Shown here: piece after piece, positions 12,304 through 23,102 of the stretch
How the letters are laid out: each line of letters starts with the position of its first letter
Position numbering within the stretch: the first letter of the stretch is position 1
Assembly (NCBI GenBank): GCA_965240325.2
Contig: OZ251241.1
Location: 1,426,001-1,490,000 of the forward strand
Reading direction: 5' to 3'
DNA from: Rebecca billardiae RCC1528
Lineage: Eukaryota; Protista; Haptophyta
DNA length: 64,000 bases
Position numbers and translations under genes: made by a program
Notes under the pieces: model-generated
What the model was told of the DNA's origin: nothing
Database searches by the model: none
Seen by the model: only the letters and a program-made list of their open reading frames with translations

Positions 12304-14478
12304 TCAGCGCCGTGAGCCGGGCGCGGTCCGAGTGTGTGTCTTCCATGCCACGCTGTCGCGATCGTCGTTCGGCGACTTGCGCTCCTGCTGCATGAGCTCA
12401 AGTGCACGCGCATAGTCGAGCAGCGAGAGTGAACCGTGCTTCGAGGACGCCGCTGCCTTCTTCTCACGCCCGGCGGCCGTGCTGGCTCCAGTGCCCTCGT
12501 CGCTCTGGCAGCGCGTCTTCAGCTCGCGCAGCTTGTGCTCCTCCCACATCAAGAGCGACACCCCCGGGTTGAGCGCGCCGTACTCACACACGACCTCGTC
12601 CTCGAGGCAGCACGAACGCCTGCGCAGAGCGCGCAGCGTGAGCACGCGTGGGTTCCGCGTGTGCGCCACCTCCACCACTGCCGTGCGTGTGCCGTGCCGC
12701 GCAAGCAGCCACGAGCCATACGTGTCGTACTCGGAGAAGTGAAGGTTGGCGCCGACGTGCTCGTTGGCAAGCTCGAACACGGACCATGGGAAGCGCGGCG
12801 CGGCAGCGCTGCTGGTGCTTGCGCTGCGGCTGGCCTGCAGGAAGCTGTGCGCGCGCGCGCCGCAGCAGCGCGGGCGGTGGTGGGTGGGGTCCAGCGAGCG
12901 AGGAAGGAATTAGGATCGGCTCGCCTGAGCTCATCGCCTCGTCAATAAACAACTGCGAAGCAGCCAGGCAGGCAACGGGGAGGCCTGGCACGACACGCGC
13001 ACCAATAAGACCGACTCACACTCCGACACATGCAGGGCCACAGACAGCAGGCAGGCAGGACAAAGCATGAACCACAACCAGCCACTCAGCCAGCCAGCCT
13101 GCGCAGCAAACAACCAGTCGCACTCCTTGACAATGACGAGACGGTCCGAGTCGGCAGGCATTCAGGCGCGCGCTGCCGCGCACCTGTCCACGTGCGCGAG
13201 GAGATCACTCACCACAGCCTTGTCCAGTAGCATGTAGCCGCACGCGTAGTTGGCGACGACGCCTTGCCCCTGGGATGGTGGGGGCTGACGAGCGGACAGC
13301 GGACAGCGGGGCGCGCCGCAGTGGATGGATGGGGACGTGCACCGCAGGCAGGCAGCCAGCCAGCCAGCAGGCGGGTAGGGTGGGCGCGCGTGAGCATGCC
13401 TGCACGGTGCGCGCAGGCAGCGCAGCACGCTGCCGCCACGCGTGGGCCGGCACACCCGCTCGGCTGCTGGGACCAGCCACGCGATGCTGTGTACAGTACA
13501 GCACAGCATACTGCAGCGCGCCACTTCGGCCGTGCGGCGTTGGCTCCAGGCTGTGTTGGCGGCAGCACCAGCGGCGCGACGCAGTAGTACCGCACCTTCC
13601 ACTGCAGGCCTGTGAGCAGGGTGTAGAACTGATGCGGCGACTGCGCGCCACCGACCGCCGCAGAACGCGCGTCCACCCGCCCGCTGCACAGCCGCGTGTG
13701 CGTCGCGTTCTGCAGCTCGACCCCGCTGAGCGCGATCACGTCGGCATCCCACACCAGGTACTGGCTCGAGAGGGCCGGCAGGTGCAGGGCGACCCCCAGC
13801 TTGATGAACTGCTGCAGGTACCAGCCGACGCGGCGCGAGTCGCGCATCGCCTGGGAGGCGCGCTGCTCGAGCGCGGAGTAGGTCACGCCTGGCAGCACGG
13901 CTGCGAGAGGCAGTGCGGGCGGGCGCGGACGGGTGCCGGGAGCGGGCGGGGTTGATTGATACAAGAGCGTGTGAGTGAGCCGACGCTGGCTGGCACTGGC
14001 TGCGCGGATGCGGCACGCTGCACATGAGCAGTGGGCGTGCACGAGGCTGCGGGACGGCGGGTGTGCCGACCCACTGGCCACTGCCCCGGCCGGAAACATC
14101 GGCAGCGGCACACACACACACTGCTCGGCGCTCATCCGGGCGCGGGGCCTCCGCGGGCTCACCGTTTTCGTCCAGGCACGTGACATATGGCCGCTCACTC
14201 GCAATCGCCGCGCACTGCGACATGTACAGCGTCGGCGCGACCACGTACACCGTGCGCACGCCCATGTAACGCTTGAGCCGGTCGATCACAAGGCTTGTCG
14301 TGCACACGGTGGTGGATGCGGGGACGACGGCGTCGATGCCGGCGTGCTGGAAGCGCGGACCATGCTCGATGCATGCGGTGGACGGAGGCTGATCAACACC
14401 GTCGGGGGCGACCGCGCTGGCGGACGCGATCGTGAACATCGTAGTCAGCAGCGTCGCGACCGCCGCGTTCGCCGCCAT
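12304..14478 (-). CDS. Multi-exon DUF6492-like / nucleotide-sugar glycosyltransferase-like protein
   Basis: N-terminal signal/anchor. Motifs GWYLQQFIKL, YLVWDADVI (DxD) and FSEYDTYGSW are spread over several frames separated by intron-like sequence. Exon boundaries are approximate. Confidence 0.65.
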
Positions 14479-15611
14479 GAGGCTGCGCACGCCCGCCACA
14501 GTGATACGCTTCTGAGGCTGCGGGTGACCGCGGCGCGCGCTCTGCTTTTTATTATTATATTGGCAATGCGGTTTGCTTCCGAAATAATAATAAATCGTCG
14601 TCGGACCGAGATCGAGACATCGAGTGGCCGCCACTCAGCAGCAGGGCCGGGCGGGCGCGCGGCCGGCGCGCCGGCCGCGCGGGTGGCACGGGGTCTAGTC
14701 AATGCCATCGGCATGCTGCTGAAATGTACAGCCCCCAACATCGGGCGGGACTAGCGACGCTACTCAAGGTGCGCGCCGGCTTGCACCTGCATTCTGTCGC
14801 GTCGTCACCGATTTTGAGTGACGATGGATTGTGCGCACGCGGTCCCGCACCGCCACTGCGAGCCTGCTCCGCGAGCCCGCGGGGGCCCCGAGGCCGACTC
14901 GCCGCCGACGACGCCTGCGACGGACTGATGAGTGATGCCGTGGTGAGTGATGCCGCCGCCGAGCGGAGCCTGAATGAATGGCGGCTGGCCGCCGGGCATG
15001 GTCCTGAATCCAGTAGGTCGTGATGGTCTCCGGGGGTGATGCCGTGGTCGTCGATCGCGCTGCACGAGGTGAGGCAAGCCAGCCTGTCAGAGCGAGTGTC
15101 GCGCCTCCGGAGTCAGAAGGAGTGGCCTCGGAGTCGAGGCCATCGCGCGGCCAAGAGACCCGAGCAGATGCAGGAAGCTGTGGCGTTGGTGTACAGTGCC
15201 GCGCGGACGCATCCGTAGCGATGAGATGTCAGGGCGGCGTGTTCATGCTTTTCTCTCTCGGGGCAGCTGGGTGGATGTGAGTGCGCGCGCCGGAGCGTGC
15301 GCGCGGCGCGCTCCGCCCCCGGCCGGGGGCGCCGCCGTCGCCCCGGCGGCGGGATCAGGCAGGGGCAGCGCGGCGGCGGCGCGCGCGGGCCCAGCACTCG
15401 ATGGATAGATGCGATACGGCTCGCCATGTTGACACGATGGGGTACACACGTGCTGCTTCGCGCCGCTGGGCGCGGCGCGGCGGGCAGACGGAAGAAGCTG
15501 GCGGGAGGCGCGCGCCAGACCGCACCGGCAGCCCGGCGCGCGGCGCGCGGCGAGGGCCGCGCGCGCGTGGCGAGCCGCCGCGGGCAGCGCGCGCCGCCCG
15601 TCTAGCCACTG

Positions 15612-16046
15612 TCAGCGCGAGCGCGGGAGCGCCGCGCCGCCGACGGTTGCGCCCGAGGGCGGCCGGACGTGTGTGCGCGCCGTGAAGTAGTAGAGCAGTG
15701 CGACCGCCAGCACCGTCCGCCACGTGGGGAAGGTGAGCAAGATGGCGGCGGCGACGACACAGTTGATGGCGGGGATCTCGGTCTCCGGCAGCCCGAGTGG
15801 AGAGAACGCCGGGATCGAGACGTGGCGGTGCTCGATGCCGATGAAGCGCGCGAACGCGTCGAGCGGGTTTTTGGGCGGCGGCAAGCCGACGGGCTGGCCG
15901 GCGGCTGGCATGCTGGGCGGGGGCAGCGTCTGGGTCTGCGTCCGCGAGTGTGGGCCCACGTTGGGTGCCGCGCTGCTCTCTCTCGCGCTCGCGATGGCGC
16001 GAGGGTCGTCATCGGGCAGGATCTCGCCGTTGACGATCCGCACCAT
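15612..16046 (-). CDS. FAM241/DUF4605-like small membrane protein (3' end probably spliced, uncertain)
   Basis: N-terminus MVRIVNGEILPDDDPR resembles the FAM241 N-terminal motif. C-terminal hydrophobic hairpin. Confidence 0.6.
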   Translation of the reverse strand: MVRIVNGEILPDDDPRAIASARESSAAPNVGPHSRTQTQTLPPPSMPAAGQPVGLPPPKNPLDAFARFIGIEHRHVSIPAFSPLGLPETEIPAINCVVAAAILLTFPTWRTVLAVALLYYFTARTHVRPPSGATVGGAALPRSR

Positions 16047-16385
16047 GATGCGTGCTGGGCTCGGAGCAGGCGTGCACCACTCCGACCGCTCGCGTCTGGA
16101 CGCGCTTGGTGCAGCCGGCGGTAAACCGAGTGATGACGAATCTGCGCGTGGGGGGGAAGTTTACAGGAGAAGATGCTGAAGATCGCGATCCCGGCGGCGG
16201 CTCGATAGTCATGCTTCGCACCCGCCTCCGTAAGTACTACCGCCCGTAATTAGCAGAATGTTCGGCTCGGCCGGCTCAGGTATTATTCTAAAACCTGGCG
16301 AGGATGGCTGCGCGCTCGTTCCCCCCCGGCCGCTGGGCACCCGGACGCGTGGCGACTGGCCGCCGCACCGACCGCGCTCGGCTTG

Positions 16386-19300
16386 ATGACGACACGCTCG
16401 GCTCGCGGCGCGCGCGCGGCGCTGGCGGCGGCGCTGCTGCTCGCCCTCGGCGCGCACCCGGCGTGCGCGGCGTGGGCGCCGCGGCTCAAGCGCCGCGGCG
16501 GCGAGCCCGCCGTGCCCACCAAGCCCAGCCTCACGGCGGACGCGCCGTTCCACGCGCGGCCGGCGGCCGACTGCGTGTCCGAGCTCGGCTCGTCGCTCGA
16601 GCGCGGGCTGGACGAGGCGACGGTCGCGGCGCGGCGCGAGGAGTTCGGCCCAAACGCCCTCGACACGCCCACGGGCCCGCCGCTCTGGCGCCTCTTCCTC
16701 GACCAGCTCGACGACGCGCTCGTGAAGGTGCTGCTCGTGACGGCGGCGGTCTCGCTCACGCTCGCGATCGTGGAGCGCGAGGAGCACGGCTGGGTGGAGC
16801 CGTTCGTGATCGTCTCGATCCTCGCGCTGAACGCAATCGTCGGCGTCTGGCAGGAGGTCTCCGCGCAGGGCGCCGTCGACGCGCTCAAGAAGCTCACGCC
16901 GCAGCGCGCGCGAGTGCTCCGCAACGGACGGTGGGACTCGGACGTCGCCGCGTCCGAGCTCGTGCCGGGCGACGTGATCGAGTGCCGCGTGGGCGACCGC
17001 GTGCCGGCGGACTGCCGGGTGCTCGAGCTCAAGACGACGACGGTGCGCGCCGAGGAGTCCTCGCTCACCGGCGAGTCCACCACCGTCGAGAAGGTGGCGG
17101 CGCCCGTCGACGCGGACGCGCCGCTCGCCGGCCGACAGTGCTGCCTGTACGCGTCGACGACGATCGCGTCGGGCGCGGTGGTGGCGCTGGTGCTGCGCAC
17201 GGGGATGGGCACGGAGATCGGCAAGATCCAGCAGGGCGTGCAGGACGCGTCGGGCGAGCAGTCCGCCACGCCCCTCGCCCTCAAGCTCGAGGCGTTTGGC
17301 AAGCAGCTGACCGTGTTGATCGGGCTCATCTGCATCGGCGTGTGGGCGCTCTCCATCCCGCGCTTCGGCGACGCGGTGCACGGGAGCGTGTGGCGCGGCG
17401 CGCTGCACCACTTCAAGGCGTCGGTCGCGCTCGGCGTCGCCGCGATCCCCGAGGGCCTCCCCGCCGTCATCACCCTCTGCCTCTCCCTCGGCACGCGCCG
17501 GATGGCGCAGCGCAACGCGATCGTGCGCAAGCTGCCGTCGGTCGAGACGCTTGGCTGCACGACCGTGATCTGCTCGGACAAGACGGGCACGCTGACCACG
17601 AACCAGATGACGGTGGTGAAGCTGGTCCGGCCGTCGGCCTCGCGCGACGGGCTGCCGCTGCTGCACCACGACGTCTCCGGCACCGGCTACGCCACCAACG
17701 CCGGCACAGTGCAGGGCCTCGCGCCGCGCGACGCGGCGAGCCGCGGCGTGCGCGAGCTCGCCGCCGCGGCCGCGCTGTCGAACGACGCGCAGCTCGCGCT
17801 GGAGGAGGCGGCGGAGGGGCCGACGGCGCGCGGCGGGAGGCCGGAGCCCGCGCCGCGCAAGGTGATCGCCACGGGCGAGCCCACCGAGGCCGCGCTCCTC
17901 ACGCTCGCGGGCAAGCTCGGCCGGCTGAGCGCTCAGCTCTCGCCGCCGCCCTCGCCCTCGGCCGCAGCCGACGGCGAGTCGCTCGAGCCCGACGGCGCGA
18001 GCGTGCCCGACGACCCGCGCGAGGCGCTGCGCAAGGTGGCGACCCTCGAGTTCACGCGCGCGCGCAAGTCCAAGTCCGCGCTCGTGCGCGACGCGAGCGG
18101 CGCGGCCGGCTCGGCGCGCCTGCTCGTGAAGGGCGCGCCCGACACGCTGCTCCCGCGCTGCACGGAAGTCCGGCTCCCGGACGGGAGCAGCGCGCGGCTC
18201 GACGCGCGCGCGCGGCGGGAGATCCAGGAGGCGTGCGCGGCGATGGGCAAGTCCGCGCTGCGCTGCATCGCGCTCGCCGTCAAGCCCACGCGCGCCCTCG
18301 GCTCGCTCGGCGGGTACGACGGCACGGAGGCGCACCGCGCGGCGCGCGCGCTCAAGCAGACGGAGCGATTCGCCGAGATCGAATCTGGGCTGACGTTCCT
18401 CGGGCTCGTGGGGATCCGCGACCCGCCGCGGCCGAGCGTGGGCCCGGCGATCGCGTCGTGCCGCGCGGCCGGCGTGCGCGTCATGATGATGACCGGCGAC
18501 TCGAAGGAGACCGCGCAGGCGGTCGCGAAGGACGTTGGCATCTTCCGGCCGGGCGACCCGCTCGAGGCGTGGACGTTTGTGGGCAAGGCGTTCTTCGAGT
18601 TGCCCGAGGCGCAGCAGCACGCGCTGCTGCGCTCGGGCAACCTGGTGTTCTGCCGGACCGAGCCCGCGGACAAGCAGAAGCTCGTGCGCATGCTCGCCTC
18701 GCTCGGCGAGGTCACCGCGATGACGGGCGACGGCGTGAACGACGCGCCCGCGCTCCGGCAGGCGGCCATCGGTGTTGCGATGGGCATCGCCGGCACCGAG
18801 GTGTCCAAGGAGGCGTCGGACATGGTGCTGGCGGACGACAACTTCGCGACGATCGTCGCGGCGGTGGAGGAGGGCCGCTCGATCTACGCCAACATGAAGG
18901 CCTTCATCCACTACCTCATCACGTGCAACATCGGCGAGGTGTGCGCGATCGTGCTCGCGACCGCGCTCGGTCTCCCCGAGGTCCTCTCGCCCCTGCACCT
19001 GCTGTGGGTCAACCTCGTCACCGACGGGCCGCCCGCGACGGCGCTGGGGTTCAACCCGCCGGAGAAGGGGCTGATGGCGCAGAAGCCGCGCGGGTACACC
19101 GAGCGCCTCATCCCGCCCTTCACCATGCTCCGCTTCGCGCTCACGGGCGTCTACATCGGCGGCGTGTGCGTGGGCAGCTACGCGCACGCGTTCGCCCGCG
19201 AGTTTGGCGTGGCGCCGGCGCAGCTGCTCAACTGGCGCAAGTGCGCGAGCGAGGCGACGGAGGGCGTGGTGGCCGCCGCGGCGGGCGGCGCGCCGGACGC

Positions 19301-20244
19301 GGCGATGTGCGCGCTCTTCGCCGAGGGCAGCTACGCGCGCGCCAAGGCCTCCTCGGTCGCGCTCTCGGTGCGCGCCGCGCGCGCGCGCCGCGCGCGCGCG
19401 CCACCGGCGCCGCGCGCGCGCCCGCGCCGCCCGCGCCGGGCCGCCGCGCCGCGCCACCGCGCCACCGGCGCGCTGAGCGCCGCGCGCGCGCCGCGCCGCG
19501 CGCCGCGCCGCGCGCCGCAGGTGCTCGTGACGGTCGAGTGCATCCGCGCGTTCGCCGCCATCTCTGAGAAGCACTCGCTCCTGCAGGTGCCGCCATGGGC
19601 CAACCCCTACCTTGGGCTAGGCATGCTTGCGCAGGTGAGCGCGGCGCGGCGCGCGCGCTCGGCCAGCCTGCCGCGGCCGGCGCGCGCGGCCGATCCGTTG
19701 CGCGCGCGGCGCCGGCCTTGTGCGCGCCCGACGCGCCGCGCACGGGGAGTCGCGCGGCGCGCGGCGCGAGGCCGATCGCACGCGCGCGACGGGGCCGTGC
19801 GCGAGGGTCCGGCCGCTCCCCATCCGCCCTGGGGCGCGGCACGGCGCGCGCCGCGCAATGCATCACCCGCAATGGATCCCGGCTGCACTGACAGCCCTCC
19901 CATCCCGCCCCGTCGCGCGCGCGCTCGCGGCGACGCGCCCCACCCGCCTGCGCGCTTGCGCGCGCTCGCCGTGCCCGCGCGTCCGCACACCGCGCCGTCA
20001 CGCTCACCCCGCCCGCGCCCACGCGCAGGTCGGGCTGCACTCCGCCATCCTGTACGTGCCCAAGCTGAGGCAGATGTTCAAGGTGCGCGCGCTCGACGCG
20101 GACGACTGGCGGCTCGTGCTGTGCTACGCCGCGCCCGTGCTCGTGCTCGAGGAGGCGCTCAAGCTGTGCCACCGATGGATCGAGCCGCCACCAAAGCCGG
20201 TGCCGGTGCCGCAGGCGGGCGCGGCGGGTGCGGGCACGGGCTGA
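16386..20244 (+). CDS. P2A (SERCA/ECA-type) Ca2+-transporting ATPase; introns 19368-19520 and 19635-20028
   Basis: TGES, PEGL, DKTGTLT, KGAP, TGD and GDGVND motifs. SERCA Ca-site segments NIGE, NLVTDG and VTVE are present. Two GT-AG introns restore the C-terminal helices. Confidence 0.93.
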
Positions 20245-20543
20245 GCGTCGGCGCCAATCCGGAGCAGGCCGGCGACGAGCCGGCCCCTCGCCAGCGCCGG
20301 CGCACCGTAGCCTCATACAGTACTGCTAGCTCGCGATCCTGAAGTGCGAGACCGCTCAGCTCCGAGTCTCCGACGACTCGCGCGCGCGGCACGGCGTTAT
20401 TCATATGCACGCGGCCGTTTCTACTCAAGCACGGCTCCGCCCGCGTCGGCGGGCCGACTGCGTCGCGTCGCCTGAGCGGCGGCAGTCGCGTGACACTGTC
20501 ACTGACGTATGGGGGGGGGGGGCGAGATTTCTGAAGTTAGGTA

Positions 20544-22818
20544 CAGGTGCTATGGCCTATTTCTGGACGATGCCGTTTTCTGGACATGCGCGTGGCCATG
20601 GTGAAGCGCACCGACGAGTCGCCCGCCAAGCGGCGCAAGACGCCAGCAGCGCGCATCGCCAACCCCCGGAACCAGGCGGAGTACGCCATCAACAAGTCCA
20701 ACCACGACGAGAAGCAGCGGCAGCTGCGCACGGCGCTGAAGTGGTGCCGCGATGAGGCAGACGTGGGGCGTGCGAAGGGCGCGGTCGACCGCGCGATCAG
20801 CTCGGATCGGTGGCCCGCCTTCATCACGTCTACCTCAGCCCGCCGGACACGACGGGGCTGACGCAGCCGCTCGACCAGATCAACCAGGTGCTGCACTACT
20901 ACTGCTCGGTGAGTACCAAGAAGTGGGCGCGTTACCAGCAGTCGAAGCTGCTCGCGCAGCGCATGCGCGAGGTGCGCGCCGATCTCGGCGACGATGAGAT
21001 CAACCTCGAGGACGCAGTCGACGGCGACGGCGATGACGACGATGATGAGGGCGGCAGCGACGACGACGGCGACGGGGGTGACGACTCGGACGAGGAGGGG
21101 CGGCGGCGCGCGGCGGGCGAGGGCGCGAAGAAGTCTCTCTCGAAGCGCGACTTCCTCCTTCTCCTGGGTACTCGTGGGAGGGCTTCTGTAAGAAGGAGAG
21201 CGTCATCGGCGCCTTCAAGCGCTGCGGCATCACCGCGAGCGGCGTCGACATCGGCTTGATGCAGCAGGACAAGTTCGCGGCCGCCGATCTGCTGCTCAAC
21301 CCCGAGCGCGTGTTCGAGGCTGCTCCCGCGACCGCGGAGGGCGCCGGCCACCGCGGTGCGGTGCGCCGCGCGATCGACTACGGCGCCGGTGGCATCCCGG
21401 CCGAGTACACGCCCGTGTCCTCCACCCACCGTGCCGGCTCGACGATCGACCTGCAGCACCGTCTCTCCGAGCAGCAGAAGGTGATCGAGAGCCTCCGAGC
21501 TCAGATCAAGTGGCACGAGACGACGGTCAAGATGCCCAACGCCGAGGAGGCGGAGGCGCTGCTGCCGTTCGACGTCGTGGGCAAGAAGGTCGAGGGCGGC
21601 CGGAAGCGCGCAAACAAGGAGAAGTTCGGCTCGGCCGAGCTGGGGTGCTTCCTCGAGAGCCAGGAGGCAGCCGATGAGGCGGCTGTGACGGCGGCCGCCG
21701 ATGCCGAGGCAAAGCGCGCTGCGAAGGCGCTACGGCGCACCGAGACCGAGGCCGCGGCAGCTGCGAACTTCGACCAGCGCGATGCGCTCGAGCGCGCCTT
21801 CAAGGCCTGCGAGAGGGCGCGCGCCAACTCGGCTGAGCCATGCGCGTGCGGCGCAGATTTGGCCGCGACGTGCACGTGCCGGACGCATCACTTCTGCCCG
21901 CATTGCAGGCGCGTGCAGAAGACGGCATGCAAGAAGCAGAAGTGCCAGCCGCATCTCGTGGGTGCGCCTTCGGAGGCTGTCATCGACATCGACATGACGA
22001 TCACGATGGATGACGCTTAGACCCTAGCAGTAGGTTTATATCGTAACGGGGGTAGAGCTCTGTCGTTAACGACTCGCCGCAGCGGAGTGATGACAAGCCT
22101 AGTCTTTGATATATGATCGGCCGGGACGAGACTGCTCGGGTACTCGTCTGTCTCGTGTGTCACGGCAGTCCAGTGCTCCGCACGCCGCATCCGACACAGG
22201 GGCGTCATGGCAGCATCGGCCGACGCCGACGGCGCGGCGCTTCAGGCCCGCGCGCAGCAGCGCACGGTTACCCCGGAGTGGGTGGCGACGCTGTCGCAGG
22301 AGGGTGTGGGCTCACAGAACTGGTGATCTAGCACATGGTCGGCTGATGAGACCGATCGCGTGCAGAGCTCAGCTATCAGATAGCTGCATGACAACGCCGG
22401 TGCTTTGTGAGAACGCGCGCGCGTAGCATGTGCCAGGCACCGAACGCAGGTGAATGGACTACTGTAGTGGATCAGAGAACGCGTGGTATATGCCTGGACT
22501 AGGTCGTCAAGTAAGTCCAGCGAGCTACTGCGGCCCTTCCTGTCCAGTCTCAAGCATTCCTGGCCCACCCAACATGCGCACACAGCTTCACGACCGCACG
22601 TGCACGGTTTGTCCAGAAAACGGCATGTGCCCAGATCTGGGCTATGACGAAGTCGAGCACGTTGCTCACCAACGCGATGGCCGATGACGATGAGACTTCG
22701 TGTGCCTACCTTTAACTCCACGCTGGTTGGCGTGGTGGCGTCGTGGGCGGGCTAGTCCGCCATGGCTGGACGTGAGAGCTACTTGGATTTTCCGTCCAGA
22801 AATAGGCCATAGCACCTG
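20544..22818 (+). mobile_element. Non-autonomous pogo/Tc1-mariner-superfamily DNA transposon
   Basis: 26-bp perfect TIRs CAGGTGCTATGGCCTATTTCTGGACG (20544-20569 / 22793-22818). TA flanks both sides. Internal DDE_1-type fragments. Confidence 0.9.
20598..22020 (+). pseudogene. Internally deleted, frameshifted pogo-like transposase
   Basis: Fragments in different frames: basic N-terminus, PPDTTGLTQPLDQ (pogo DDE_1 motif), VIGAFKRCGI, and a C-terminal Cys/His cluster. Most of the catalytic domain is missing. Confidence 0.75.
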
Positions 22819-23102
22819 TACCGTCCCGGTGCGGTGAAACTGTGCAAGTGACGAGGAATCCGGACGAAAGCACGTAGTTCCGGCGGTCTGAGATCGTCTT
22901 CACTCAGGGGTTTCACTCGTTTAATTTGAGTCTTTGGCGCTAAAGCAGCTCTTTTCATTCGCTCGGAAAGCCACGAATGAGTCGAATACGCGGTAGGTAG
23001 CTAGTAGTAGCCTTGATCCCGCGCCCCAAACTAAAAGATAAGTACTCAACTACTCATTCCGCTAAGACTTTCCAGTAAATTCCTGAGATTCACTCCCTTG
23101 CC

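Noticed and set aside
16209-19574. 1121-aa antisense ORF and similar long shadow ORFs (e.g. 5417-7420, 24099-26207, 32409-36950, 51090-53036, 55300-57783)
   Set aside because: They overlap well-supported genes, have no motifs, and are expected from stop-codon scarcity at very high GC.
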